A DNA stretch of 64,000 nt. Source: Octopus sinensis. Lineage: Eukaryota. The stretch covers positions 58,032,001-58,096,000 of the forward strand of contig NC_043002.1 in assembly GCF_006345805.1 (NCBI RefSeq). The letters run 5' to 3'. Under the pieces are notes generated by a model. The model ran no database searches and had not been told where the DNA came from. It saw nothing but the letters and a program-made list of their open reading frames with translations. The position numbers were made by a program, and so were the translations under genes. Shown here one piece after another: positions 38,175-51,845 of the stretch (positions are counted from its first letter, which is position 1; each line of letters opens with the position of its first letter).

Positions 38175-40177
38175 TTTTCTCTAGTTTCAGCTCAGAGCTG
38201 CGGCCATGCTGATGCACCACCGTTTTGTGCTACACTGTTATTACGAAGAACCTCGTCTAATATGTGGCACTTGGTGAAGAATGGAGTTTGATATAGCTAC
38301 TCTCATTTGCACCTCTTGCCGTGAGGTAGGTTCATCTGGGACTCTCGACAGGAAGATGTCCAGCTTTGATTTAAAAACCACTACATCTACTTTGTGCAAG
38401 TTCCTCAGACTCTTTGGGAGAATATTAAAAAAACTGTGGGCCCTTGAAACCCAGGCTGTTGCAGAAGCTGGTCCTGAAGCATGATGGCATTGCTGGGATC
38501 TTTGGCACTATGCAGTGTCGTCTCGTTCTAGCATTGGTGTAGCTTACAATGCCAAAATTTGGCACAATTCCTTCCAGGATCTTCCAGACATATATTACTG
38601 CATACCTCTCCCGTCTTCTCTCCCGTCTTAGCTGTTTCAACCTTTCACAGTAGCTTAGCTGTTGCAAAGAGACGATCTTTGTGAATCTTCTCTGGATTGC
38701 TTCAATGTCCGCTGTTAATTTTACACTCGTGAGTGACCATAGCTGTGACCAGTAATCCAGGTGGCTGAGGACGAATGTCCGCCAGAAGACCATCATGGTT
38801 TCCTTATCTCTGGTTCTGAATGTTCTTAGGATCCACCCAGCCAGTCGTCTGCACTATGTCGCCATCCTGGTAATGTGCACTTGGAAAGAGGTATCATCAT
38901 TCATGTCGATACCCAGGTCCCTCACAGACTTAGGCTCTGGGATTGAAATTATCTGTGGACCGGTGTATCCTGTAAGTTTAATATTCAGTTTTGGATGCTG
39001 GTAGCGCAGGGCCTGGAATTTTTCAGCATTAAACTGCATATTATTATCCTCAGCCCATCTGTAGATTGAGTTCAACTCCTGCTGCAGGTGTGCAACATCG
39101 CTGGGGTTCTGTATTTTCTGCGAGACTTTCGTATCGTCTGCATAGCTGATCAGAGTGGCTCTCCGGGCATTTGAGGGCATATCTGAGAGGGCCACTATAA
39201 AAAGCAGTGGTCCCAAGAGAGTGCCCTGTGGAACACCGCTCACTATTTGTGTGTTCATAGAGGTGGCTCCATTAACCACTACTGCCTGACTCCTATCTTT
39301 CAGGAAGTCATGTAACCACACTCCAAGTTTTCCAGCTACGCAGAGGTCACGCAGTTTGTGGCATATCATACCATGATCCACCTTGTCAAAAGCTTTTGCA
39401 AAATCAAGGTAGATTACGTCCACATTTGATTTGTTGAGTAACTACCTCAATACTCAGTCATAATGCTGTAAGAGCTGGGTCAGGCAGCTCCTACCTGGTC
39501 GAAAACCATGCTGGGTATCACTCAGCAAGTTATTTTCCTCAAGGAATGCGATTAGTTTCTTTCTGACTATCCGTTCCATGACTTTGCTGATGTGTGAAGT
39601 CAGAGAGATAGGCCTATAGTTTTTGGCATCTGCTCTACTTCCCCCTTTATGTATTGGGCATATTATTCCCTCATTCACTTGCTTGGCAGTTTGCCATTCG
39701 CAAGAAAGCTCTGGAAGAGAATCTTGAGGGGTTTTGCCAGGGCATGCTTACACGCTTTGAGGAGGATGGCTGGGAAACCATCTGGACCAGCAGCTGAGTT
39801 TGTGTCCACTTCATCTTTGGCTAGTAGGACATCTTTTTCGCTAATGTCAATACATTCTATTGTAACCGCATCGCTGGTTATAGGTGAGGCGGCAAAGAAG
39901 TTCACCGGTTCGTTCACTTGTCTGTGTTCCAACGTGGTGGTAAAGACACTTTTGAACTGGTCATTCAGCATCTCACTGATCTTAGTTGGACTGTCTGTGA
40001 GGGAGCCATCCTTTTGTAGGAGGGGTCCTATCTTGTAATGCACTGAGACTGTTTCTTTCGCGTAATGAAAGAAGGTCTTTGGGTTTGATTTAATGTTTTT
40101 TATAACCCAGGCTTCTTTGTCTGCTTTCTCCTTCACATAGGATTGTTGCAGCCTTTTTTCGATCTCCATCAGTGTTG

Positions 40178-40182
<5 letters not shown>
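38175..40182 (-). mobile_element. 5'-truncated, frameshifted CR1-group LINE (RT and 3' UTR)
   Basis: AAGPDGFP, NYRPISLTS, QHGFRPGRSC, YLDFAKAFD, GVPQGTLLGPLLF, YADD, IQRRFTK..ERLKQL motifs across four ORF fragments; (AT)n on both flanks. Confidence 0.92.
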
Positions 40183-40222
<40 letters not shown>

Positions 40223-41771
40223 CAGGCTTCCATAGTTTTCAAACGTGTCCACACCGTGCATTTACTGTTGAGATTTTTGTCAACTTACACAAAGTGGTAG
40301 ATCTTTGCCGTCATTTTTCACATATCAAACGTTAAACTATATTTTATTCCTGCCATTTTATCCTAAGGTACCATTCCACAGATCCGTTGCTCTTCTTTGA
40401 GCCAGTGTTTATCTTTGTTTTTCTTAGCAGTAAAGGAAAAGGTTGAACCCATCACTTGAATTTTAAAATGATGCTTCTTCTGTTTTCGATACTTGTAGAA
40501 TCGTGATACTCCCACCTCGTGGTGCTAATACTCAGTTAAGTGAAAACGTTTTGTAAGTTGCCTCGTTTCGCCAGTGGTATGATACGAGGAAGATATCGCG
40601 ATATCTTCTTCGCATTCAATATAATTACAGACATTGGTGTTAATTTAAAGCAAATTGTCTTGAGTTATCCAGTCTAGTAAAATCTGAGACGTCACTTCTG
40701 CAAAGTTAAGGAAAGCCGCTTCGTTTCCAGTTTATCAAGCAAAGCTGATTATTTTTAAAGATGTCTCAAGTGGTTTTGATCGATCAAATGAATTTGAATT
40801 TTAATCCATCCCGATCCAAATCAATTGCTTTTCAAATATTTGACTAAGTCTTGGTATTTCAAAACAAATAAATCTGCTTTAAGTAATTACCGAAGACTAC
40901 ATTCAGTACACTTAGTTTAAACGCTTCAACCATCTCTGTCTTTACGTAAGATAGCCATTTATTGTAGAACAACTGTCAAGATGAGAAATGACTGTTAAAC
41001 CATTGTTGTAAAATATGTAATTAGCAACAAGGTTTCAAACGAGAACTCTTTTCTTTCTTGTAATATCAAAGTGCTAACGATGAATTCCTGTGGTGTAAAA
41101 AGGTTTGTTACACTGTGGAAAGGATTGTGTACAATAGAGGGGAGAGGGAATAGAGGGGGTTAGTGGGAGGGAAGCGGGGAGAGAGGGAGAGAGGAGGTGA
41201 GAGGGAGAGAAAGGAGTAAAGAGGGAGAGAGAGGAAGAGATAGAATCAAACGAATGCTTCAAGTGAGTACACACATACACACACACACACAGACGAATAC
41301 TAGCTGCGTGTGTGTATGTGTGTATGTGTGCGTGAGAGAGAGAGAGGAGTGGTGTGTGCATATGTGCGCACACCATTAGTATTCTTATGTATGGTAACTA
41401 AATTACCTTTATTTCACAATTATAATAAGCTATTTATTTAGTTATTCATTTATTTATTTGTTTGAAGTCAAAATTAACCGAGTGAATAGAACTACTCTAA
41501 GCGTGCACCTATTGGCTGAAAAATTCGGAGGAAAAAAAAAACACTTGCTATAATACTCTTCGTTAGCAGGGTAACTCAGGATCTATGCAGTTTCTTTCTC
41601 ACCCCTGAATGGTGTTCCTTCCTGCTGGCAAATTTCTTGTCAGAATTAATTATTACTGCTATTTTCTTGTATTGTTCACACGTGTTTATGAAAATTCCCA
41701 CTGTCCTTTGTATTGTTCCAATTGATTTTTGCGGCCCTTGTGGCAAATAAAGAGTTACTGAAAAGTTTTAC

Positions 41772-42145
41772 TGCTCAGTGTGGTAAGAAGCTTGCTTCCC
41801 AACCACATGGTTCCATGTTCAGTCCCACTGTGTGGTACCTTGGGTAAGTGTCTTCTACTGTAGCCACAGGCCGACCAACACCCTGTGAGTGGGTTTGGGT
41901 GACGGAAACTAAAAGAAGCCCGTCGTGTATTTATATATATATATGTGTGTTGTGTGTGTGTGTGTGTGTGTATGTGTGTGTGTGGTGTGTGTGTGTGTGT
42001 GTGTGTGTCCATCCACCGGCAAAAGAAACCGATAGAATAAGTACTAGGCTTACAAACAATAAGCTTTGAGGTCGATTTCTTCGCCTAAAGGTGGTGCTCC
42101 AACATGGTCGCAGTCAAATGCCTGAAACAAATAAGAGAATAAACT
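41772..42145 (+). mobile_element. tRNA-derived SINE family A
   Basis: Head gtgtggtaagaagcttgcttcccaaccacatggttcc..ttcagtccc; tail catggtcgcagtcaaatgcctgaaac. Confidence 0.8.
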
Positions 42146-42284
42146 ATTTTATTTATTTAGTTTAATTTTGTTTTTTTATATATTTTTATATATTTGAATA
42201 TTTATATATTTTATATATTTTTAATATATTTTTATATATATTATATATTTTATATATATTTTGTATTTATTTTATTGTCTCTTT

Positions 42285-43128
42285 TATCTTTTATTTGTTT
42301 CAGTCATTGGTCCGTGGCCATGCTTGGGCACTGCTCTGAAGGATTTAGTCAAACAAACCGAAGCCAATAATTAGTTTTTTATAGCATGGTATTCTATAGC
42401 TTTCTTTTGCCGAACCTCAATCCTCCAGCGATAAGGATGGACAAACACACACACAAATATACACACATAAACACAAACACACGCACAGACTCACACACAC
42501 AAACACGTACACAAACACATCACAAACACACACACACAAAACATGCACGCACTCTTAAACTGATACACTCACTCAAAAACACACATACTCTCACAAACAC
42601 AAACACAAATACACAAAAACACACACACAAACATACACACTCAAAAACACGCACACAAACACACACACTCACAAACACATACAAACACACACGATCACAA
42701 CCGCAAATACACAAACACACGCGCACAAACACACACACACACACACACACTCACACAACAAACACACACGATCAAAACCGCAAATACACAAACACACGCG
42801 CACAAACACACACACACACACACACACGCGCACAAACGCATGTACTCACACACATTCACAATTACACACACATACATACATAAACACACACATGCACACT
42901 CACAAACACACACAAAAAGGCACACACTCACAAAGACACAAACGCACACAAAGACTCGCGCACAAAGATACACACACTCACAAACATAAACACGTCACAC
43001 ATAGAAACACAAAGAGTTTCCACACTCTCTCTGTCTACCAAATTCGTTCATAAGGCATTGATCCGCCCAGTGCTGCACTCAAAACCACGTTGTTACAAAG
43101 CGAGGTCCTTAACTACATAACCATGCCC
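42285..43128 (-). mobile_element. SINE family A with its central (CA)-rich tract expanded to ~570 bp
   Basis: Tail at 42285-42420 and degenerate head at 43020-43128 flank ACAC-rich low-complexity DNA; ~64-bp duplication at 43064 and 43153. Confidence 0.6.
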
Positions 43129-43324
43129 AAATTCAATTCATAGCAGTGATACGCCCAGTGCTGCACTCAAAACCACGTTGTTACAAAGCGAGGTCCTTAA
43201 CTACATAACCATGCCTGATCTATTTTATCATTTATCTTTTATTTATCTAAAATATTTATTTTATTTTGTCATATTTTATCTATTTTTATTTATTTATTCA
43301 TTCCGATGCAGATAATCTTTTCTC

Positions 43325-43890
43325 CTCAATGCACAAGGCCCGAAATTTTGGAGGAGAGGGCCAGTCGATTACATCGACCCTAGTACGCAACTGGTACTTA
43401 ATTTATCGACCACGAAAGGATGAAAGGCAAAGTCGACTCGCGGAATTCGGAATCGGAATTGAACTCAGAACGAAACGGCAGACGAAATACCTATTTCTTT
43501 ATACCCAAAGAGGAGACAACACAAGGACAGACAAACACGGATGATATTAAGTCGATTTATAACGACCCCAGTGTGTAAACTGGTACTTAATTTATCGACC
43601 ACGAAAGGATGAAAGGCAAAGTCGACCTCGGCGGAATTTGAACTCAGAACGTAACGGCAGACGAAATACCTATTTCTTTACTACCCACAGAGGAGACAAA
43701 CAAGGACAGACAAACGGATTAAGTCGATTATATCGACCCCAGTGTGTAACTGGTACTTAATTTATCGACCACGAAAGGATGAAAGGCAAAGTCGACCTCG
43801 TCGGAATTTGAACTCAGAACGTAACGGCAGACGAAATACCGCTAAGCATTTCGACCGGCGTGCTAACAACTCTGCCAGCTTGCCGCCTTT
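43325..43890 (-). mobile_element. SINE family B trimer
   Basis: Three tandem cores. Confidence 0.85.
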
Positions 43891-44592
43891 CGATGCAGAT
43901 AATTGCTGGTCTGGTACATTTTCTTTCTTTTCTTCTTTTGCTGTTTTTGGTTTTTTGGGGTTTTTTGGGGGTTTTTTTGCCTTTGTATCAAGCTTCCTTA
44001 ATATGTTTGCGTTATCCTACCAACGACATGATCATCGACATAACTACTTTTAATTCTGTCACTTCTGTGCATGGCAAAATCGTAAAAATCATAACAGAGA
44101 AATCTGCTGCTTTTAAATCTAAACTGTCTTTCCATCCCGCAGGATTAGATCAGAAAATACTATTTTTCAATATTTTTTATTCTCTAACATTTTATTTATT
44201 TATTCCTTCACTTGTTTGTTACGCATTTCTTCAGAACAACCAGGCTTCGTCCTCTTCCTTCATCACCGCAGCTTTAAGTAACAGGATGATATCCGGTTTT
44301 TCGCGACACACCTGCTAAGACAATAATGGCTTCTAAAAAGCAATAAATAAGCTAGGCCTATGATGAAAGGCTGTCCAGTTATTCTTGGCTTTTACTGGAA
44401 TCTGTTGGACATCACCACTTTCGTTTTTAATTGAATACACACCAAGCTGTTCTTATTGTTTTATATGCGTTCAGTATATGTCGACCACATTCTCCTCCTC
44501 TCCCTCTAGTTCTCTTTTTTCCTATTTCTCTCTCTCTCTCTCTCTCTATCTCTTTTTCTGTATGTCTGTCTATCTCTCTATCTATCTCTATC

Positions 44593-44645
<53 letters not shown>

Positions 44646-44930
44646 AAACAAAAATGACTTGAATGAAAATAACTTAGTGACCAATGACGTGTATTTGAAT
44701 AACACATATTATGTGTGGCAAAAATTTTGCTTCCCAACTACATGGGTCCGGATTCAGTCCCTCTGCGTGGCGCCTTTGGCATGTGTCTTCTACTATAGCC
44801 TAGGGCGAATTAAAAGCCTTGTGAGTGGATTTGGTAGACAGAAACTGAAAGAAACGTCATTAATATTAACTATTCATTTTTTTTGTATAAGTTTATTTCC
44901 GTCGACTACCGTAGATGAATTCGGACAGTT

Positions 44931-44975
44931 GTTGTGCTGATGACGCTTATTGAGATAGAAACACATATCGACAAC
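44931..44975 (+). ncRNA. Degenerate type I hammerhead motif
   Basis: GTTGTg-CTGATGA-cgcttattgagat-A-GAAAC-acat-ATC-gACAAC. Confidence 0.55.
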
Positions 44976-45170
44976 TATCTTCTTTTCTCCACACAATAAG
45001 CCTGTCCTTCTCTGTAATGGTATATAAAATCTGGAGAATACTTGAATGTTGAGAAAATCTCCTTCTCAAGTGAAGTTGGTCTCAATGGCCATTTAGTAGT
45101 TACGATACATCTCACTAATTTCAATAAACACCAGCACAAACACAAACATACACACACACACACACACACA

Positions 45171-45213
<43 letters not shown>

Positions 45214-45325
45214 TCTCTCTCTCACACACACACTCCTCTCTATTATTATTATTATTATTATTATTATCATTATTATTATTATTCTATTCAATGCCTGGAA
45301 TCGAACCACTACGCCATATTCCCAC

Positions 45326-45400
45326 AGGTATATGGCGTAGTGGTTAATAGCGCGGGCTACTAACCCCAAGATTCCGAGTTCGATTCCAAGCAGTGACCTG
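45326..45400 (+). mobile_element. tRNA-like Pol III head (A box TGGCGTAGTGG, B box GAGTTCGATTCC)
   Basis: A box at 45333-45343, B box at 45376-45387; inverted deleted copy immediately upstream. Confidence 0.7.
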
Positions 45401-45457
45401 AATAATAATAATAATAAAATATAATAATAAATAATAATAATAATAATAATAATAATT

Positions 45458-45565
45458 ACGCAGAACACTTTCATACAATAACCATCAGAGCATCACAACA
45501 ATCACAGCACATACCCAAGGCACACAGAGCTGCGCTCGGTAGTGAAGTGAAAGCACGCTAAAAAA
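45458..45565 (+). mobile_element. R4/Dong 3' tail fragment inserted in (AAT)n
   Basis: Near-identical to 24796-24905. Confidence 0.9.
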
Positions 45566-45649
45566 ATATAATAAATATAATAATAATAATAATAATAATA
45601 TAATAATCTAATAATAATAATAATAATAATCAATAATAATATAATAATA

Positions 45650-45706
<57 letters not shown>

Positions 45707-45762
45707 CAACAACATCGAAAAATAACTTAGGAATAAAAACCCAGGTTCGAAATTTCCCCAAG

Positions 45763-45806
45763 ACACCTGATGAAGGCTGGAGGGTATATCAGCCGAAATG
45801 TTGTGT
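45763..45806 (+). ncRNA. Minimal type I hammerhead motif
   Basis: ACAC-CTGATGA-A-GGCTG-gagggtatat-CAGCC-GAAA-TG-TT-GTGT. Confidence 0.75.
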
Positions 45807-46102
45807 TAACAAACAAGATGAGGGCAAATATCCATCAAATGTAAATAATGTAAATAATGAGTAAAGAGTAGCCAATGAAATCAAGAATCCATGTCGTATG
45901 CTATTGGATACAACTGTATTTATCTATTTTTACTTTTGCTTTACCTGTCTCAGTCATTAGACTGCAGTTATGCCGATGTACCGCTTTGAAGAATTTTTAT
46001 CAAACGATTCGACCCCGGTACTCATTTTTAAAACTAGGTATTCTATCGGTTTCTTTCGCCGAATCGCTACGACAACCGATACTTGTTTGTCTAAAATTAA
46101 TG

Positions 46103-46365
46103 TATTGGGTTGGTGCATAATTATTGCGGCTTTTTTTCCAACAAATTTTATTCAACAAAAACAATAACAATATTTAACAAAAACATCTTCTAATGACGGT
46201 CTGACCGTCTGCCAAGCAAATAGGAAGCAGTGATTGAAGTAGATGGTCAATATGCTCCGAAATAATCGTTTAAATATGTTTTTGTTACATGTTGTTATTG
46301 TTTTTGTTGAATTAAATTTGTTGAAAAAACAAAAAAAGCCGCAATAATTATGCACCAACCCAATA
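46103..46365. mobile_element. mariner-derived MITE
   Basis: ~30-bp TIR ttgggttggtgcataattattgcggctttttt, TA TSD, internal EAVIEVDGQYAPK* transposase tail. Confidence 0.88.
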
Positions 46366-46389
46366 TTTATGCGTCTTATCTGTCCATTT

Positions 46390-46775
46390 ACTCTTTACTA
46401 TTTTACTTGTTTCAGTCATTTGACTGCGGCCATGCTGGAGCATCGCCTTTAGTCGAGAAAATCGACCCAAGACTTATTCTTTGTAAGCCTAGTACTTTAT
46501 TCCATCGGTCTCTTTGCCGAACCGCTAAGTTATGGGGACGTAAACACACTTGCATCGCGATCTTGAGGGGACAGACACAGACACACAAACATATCTATAT
46601 ACACATATATACGACGGGCTTCTTTTAGTTTCCGTCTACCAAATCCACTCACAAGGCTTTGGTCGGCCTGAGGCTATAATAGAAGGCACTCGCCCAAGAT
46701 GCCACGCAGTGGAACTGAACCCAGAACCATGTGGTTCGTAAGCAAGCTTCTTACCACACAGCCACTCCAACACCT
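46390..46775 (-). mobile_element. tRNA-derived SINE family A, full length
   Basis: Similar to the reverse complement of 51846-52270. Confidence 0.85.
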
Positions 46776-47757
46776 ATATATTTGTTGATGTTTCTTTTTT
46801 TATTTTTGTTACTCAAACAAACGATACAGAATTAAAGAAAAAGATTAAAAGACTTCTGATTCCAAGGTGGCCACCACCACTAATGCTGCATAATCAGCAA
46901 ACATCGTCTACCTTAGAATCCAGAATAAGTGGATAAGATTAATCTATCAGTGGATAGATTATTGTTATCCGTCATGATTTCGTCAGTTTTTTTTTAAACC
47001 GTGTGGAGAGACGGCTTTAGGGTTTAATGTTCTTTCTTTTAATCTTTATCTTTTTTATTCGCTTCAGTCACTCAACTGTAGCCATACTAGAGCACCGCCT
47101 TGAAGAGTTTAGCTGAAAAAATCAACCTTTGTACATATTCTATCGCTCTCTTTTATCGAAGAGCTAATGTTATAGGGACGTAAACAAACCAATACCAGTT
47201 ATCAAGCGATGGGGGTAACAAACACAGAGGCATACACACACAAATATATACATACACAAATGTATATAAACGCATGCAGGCCATACATTCATATATACAT
47301 ACATACATACATACATACATACACTCATACGTAAACTCATATATACGTACATATATACTTACATACATACATGCTAGCATAAATTCGTACATAAATGCAT
47401 ACACACGTACATACACAAACATTTAAATACATATATGCATAATACATACACCTATAAATACATACACACATACATACATAAATCCATCCATCCATACATA
47501 CATACACATACACACACACACATACATACATACATACATACATACAACATACATACATACATACATACATACAAACATGATAGCTGTCAACTTGTTAGAC
47601 GAGTGCGACTGTAGCTGATAAATTGTTTCTGTAATTTTTTGTCATCCTGGGGCCAATAATGATTATCGAGTAATGGAAGTAACAATAAAATATCACTTCA
47701 CACACACACACACACACACGCACACATACGCACGCACGCACACACACACATGCATAC

Positions 47758-47820
<63 letters not shown>

Positions 47821-48020
47821 CTGGCAGACAGATTATTCTACACACGCACAGACATACATGATTATGTATGCATTTGTATTTGTGTGTGAGTGTGCGCGCG
47901 CGCGTATTTTATTTTATGTATTAGAAATTACCTTTTTTCCCCTCAAAGTTTATGTCGACCATTACTTTTATTGATCAGGTAGATTCCGACATTGTTTCCT
48001 GAATAATAATAATAATAATA

Positions 48021-48079
<59 letters not shown>

Positions 48080-48201
48080 TAATAATAATAATAGCTCTCA
48101 CACGCACAAATGTCTATCACCATAATTATCTCATTATCTAATAATTACTAATTAATATAAAACCTAATACGTTTTCCTCGTTGTTTCTGGTTTGTTTTTG
48201 T

Positions 48202-48278
<77 letters not shown>

Positions 48279-48490
48279 GAATGGCAATCGATACAGAAAC
48301 AATTCATTGAGATTTAAGGAATTCCTTCGTAACACATTATTGATTCCTTACATAGCGGAACAAATATATACATATGTGTATATATATATATATATATAGG
48401 GACAATTCACAAAAAAAAAACAAAGGACAAAGACAGGTGGTGTAGACAACAAACAGATGTATTAGTATAATGCTCGGGAAGTGAAAAAGT

Positions 48491-48526
48491 CTTTAACGTT
48501 TTGAGCCTATGATCTTCCACGGAAAG
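48491..48526 (-). ncRNA. Degenerate minimal hammerhead in an (AT)n-adjacent fragment (48398-48575)
   Basis: Minus strand CTTT-CCGTGGA-A-gatcataggctc-AAAA-CG-TTA-AAG; same architecture as 904-938. Confidence 0.4.
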
Positions 48527-48583
48527 GAACACAGAAAGAAACAAGGAGAGAAAATAAAGAATGTGTAGTAGCTAGCCATGTAG

Positions 48584-48661
<78 letters not shown>

Positions 48662-49319
48662 GTCTATCTGTCTATATATATATATATATATATAACTGTT
48701 TTTTTTTATTGGATTGTGGTTATGCTGGAACATCATCTCAAAGTTTTGAGTTGACTATATCACTTCCCCCCCACCACCACCATCACTACTACCACCACCA
48801 CCACTTTAGTTATTCATTATGTAAATATTTTATTGATATCTAAAGGATTACTTAAGCAGGACTTGAACTTGGCACCCGAGGAGAAATATGTAACCACATA
48901 CACATGGCTTCGTTTATCGCCGATTCATTACTCACTCATCATGGATAACACGACACGCTCAACTATGAACCATATCTACGCGTATCACGGCTTCATCTGT
49001 GATAACACAGGCTGGTAATCATCAAAAGTTCTGCTTGTACCGAAAATCGCGCCCTAGCTATCACCCGCAATGCTCAATTACCCAGAATGTATTGACTATC
49101 ACTTGTATTTACAACACCACACTGCGAGACATTTTTTGATACGTATTTACGTATAAAGTTCGTTAATGCTTAATAATTTTTGATTGCTGTATCAGGTTGC
49201 ATCAGTATAAGAAGACAATCAATCATTGCAGCGATAATCGAACATTCCTGATAAAATATTTCCCCGATTCCCAATTTTCCATTTGCTCGGAGTGTACTGT
49301 TCCTGACATAGGTTTGTAT

Positions 49320-49480
49320 CATCTGAGAGGTGATCGATGACTGTTCAAACAGGTCTTCCTCTACTGCGTCTCCCGTGAGTTGGTTCCCACAAATGTAGTT
49401 TGTGTATAACTACCTGCTGACTTCTCCAGTGCCTCATCGTAGACATCTGAACAGGTATAAACATAAAGCAGACAAACATG
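49320..49480 (-). mobile_element. RTE-clade LINE C-terminal fragment
   Basis: Minus-strand translation LWEPTHGRRSRGRP. Confidence 0.6.
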
Positions 49481-49737
49481 GACTGTCATGTGTATAAAAA
49501 AAAACACTGATAACTATCGTGATAGATTAATTCACACATGAGGCAAGCAGATATGTCTGGAGAAAGTCGAATTGTGAACCAACAAATAATTAATATTAGG
49601 AGCTTTTTGCTGACCCAATATCTGAAATTTATTAATGTGAGTTGGATACAGTGGGGTAATATAGATAAGCCTTTAAGATCACAACGTCGATGTTTGTTCT
49701 TCCTGTCCCATTTTTGCTTCGTGACTTTGGTGTCACA

Positions 49738-50125
49738 TTTAGCACAAGTCAAGTGGGCTGGTCACCTTGTTCGAATGCCTGACATGCGAAAGACCTCTTC
49801 GAGGACACACAGAAAGCCTCACTGAAGAGCTTTGAGATCAACCCTGATACCTAGGAAATGCAAGCACAAGCTCGCCCTGCCTGGCGAAGCTGCGTCATTG
49901 GAGGTGCCACCAGCTAAAGACAGAACAGGATTGCCAGGAAACAACGAGAACAACAGAAGTCATGAGGCAACTCCTTGCCTTCAGTCTCAACAAATCATCT
50001 GTGTAAGACCTGCAGAAGATCCTTCCAAGCATGCATTGGACTCATTGAACACAGCTAGATACACCTTGCCCAATCTTGTTCTCCCGTGGGATGTCTTTGG
50101 TCATCGTCGACAATGACGGACGAAA
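49738..50125 (+). mobile_element. RTE (BovB-like) LINE 3' fragment
   Basis: AQVKWAGHLVRMPD, LKSFEINPDT; tail gtcatcgtcgacaatgacggacga. Confidence 0.75.
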
Positions 50126-51275
50126 TAATGAATTTTTCTTTTCTCGAAACCTACGACACATATGGCTGGTGACCCGGTTTCCATGGCGTTTTAGTGACCA
50201 AGATCCCAACACTCCAGCCCTGAACGAAACGCCAGTCCGTCACAGGTTTCAAAGCCAGCAGTATTTGAGGAGAGTATGGGAATCCATTACATTGCCCCCC
50301 AGCATTTGACTGATACTTTATTTTACCAATTCCGAGAAGATGAAAGACGAAGACGATCTCAGTGGAATTTGAACTCAGAACATTAAGAGCCAAAAGAAAG
50401 ACTGCTCAACATCTTATACGACTTGGTGACGATTTTGCCGGTTCAGCGCCTTAAATGGATGAAGTAAACAAACGGTCATTTAATTAAAGGAGAATCGAAA
50501 TTCGGTTTAAGAAATTAGCTCATGGTTATTCTTCCATATCTTTGTGCGAAGAGCATCGAAACTTATTAGTGTTGATGTGAAGAAACTTGGAATGCTGACA
50601 TTCCAGCCTGGAGACTCTTGTAATTATGCGAGAGTTGTTAATTAGATTTGCTCCACAATGACGTCAATAATATGATTAATTCGGATGCTTCTAGATCAAT
50701 GGTTGAAGCGTTAAAGAAACGCCGTATCATATCAGAAGCTATTGCTTAAGAGTTAACATAAATTTAACAATAAATCTGTAAATGCAGACGGCTTTATCGA
50801 TTTTATTATTCGAATGTGATCTTCACTTGACCCTGACCTTCACCTTCCTACAATATCGGATTAAAGAAAATTATCAACGGACAAGTTTGCTGGATTTAAA
50901 TATGTCATTCCATGTATAAAACGAGGACTCAGGCTAAATTAGCAGTTGACCGCCGCTCTGGACACTTTAATTATATTCACTTTGGGGTTTTACTTTTTGG
51001 AGTTGACTTCATCTTCTATTTCCCAGTGGGAAGGATCATTTAAAGAAATGCTAATTATCCATTATCGAAGTCGGTGAGCTGGAGGAATCGTTAGCACGCC
51101 GGACAAACTGCTGAGCGGCTTTTCGTCTGTCTTTACGTTCCCAGTTCAAATTCTGCCCGTCCCTTTCGGGATCGATAAAATAAGTAGCAGTTGAGCACTA
51201 AGATCGATGTAATCGACTGCCCCCCTCTTCGAAATTCCTGGCCTTGTTGTGTTTTCTCTTTGTTCATGTTTGAAT

Positions 51276-51343
<68 letters not shown>

Positions 51344-51374
51344 TTATTTAAAGCAGCAGAAAATTCAACAAAAT

Positions 51375-51412
51375 CTGTTACTCTGAGTTTCTCGTTGCCG
51401 TTCATCAGACAG
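51375..51412 (-). ncRNA. Type I hammerhead ribozyme motif
   Basis: Minus strand CTGT-CTGATGA-A-CG-gcaa-CG-A-GAAAC-tcaga-GTA-ACAG. Confidence 0.75.
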
Positions 51413-51435
51413 TTTTTGCTAGATTCTACCAAAAA

Positions 51436-51473
51436 CTGTCTGATGAACGGCAACGAGAAACTAAGAGTAACAG
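51436..51473 (+). ncRNA. Type I hammerhead ribozyme motif
   Basis: CTGT-CTGATGA-A-CG-gcaa-CG-A-GAAAC-taaga-GTA-ACAG. Confidence 0.75.
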
Positions 51474-51845
51474 ATTTTGTTGAATTTTCTGCTGCTTTAA
51501 ATAAAGCATATTACTCTACCACTGGTATTTGAGTACTCTTTTTTCCACCTTGTTTCACATTTATGTGTTTACTCCGGTATATATATATATATATATACGA
51601 CAGATAGAAGACAGATAGAAGACACTTGCCTAAGGTGCCACGCAGTGGGACTGAACCTAGAATCATGTGGTTGGTAAGCAAGCTACTTTATTTTATAAGA
51701 AGTTGCCATAAAGGCATTACAAAGTGTAGCTGCGGGCTGGACATATATATTGATGAGGTGAATGATGAAGTAAGGATGATATTGATGAGAGAAGACAAAA
51801 ACGCCCGCCGAATTTCTTCTTCTCTAAAACATTGTTCTTTTTTTA

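Larger units (their letters stand above)
51343..51505. repeat. 163-bp near-perfect palindrome
   Basis: ~80-bp arms centred at ~51424; element continues to ~51578; (AT)n on both flanks. Confidence 0.95.

Noticed and set aside
45326-45400. Functional tRNA gene (also the SINE heads at 28930 and 51846)
   Set aside because: A and B boxes are present but the acceptor stem does not pair; these are SINE-type heads
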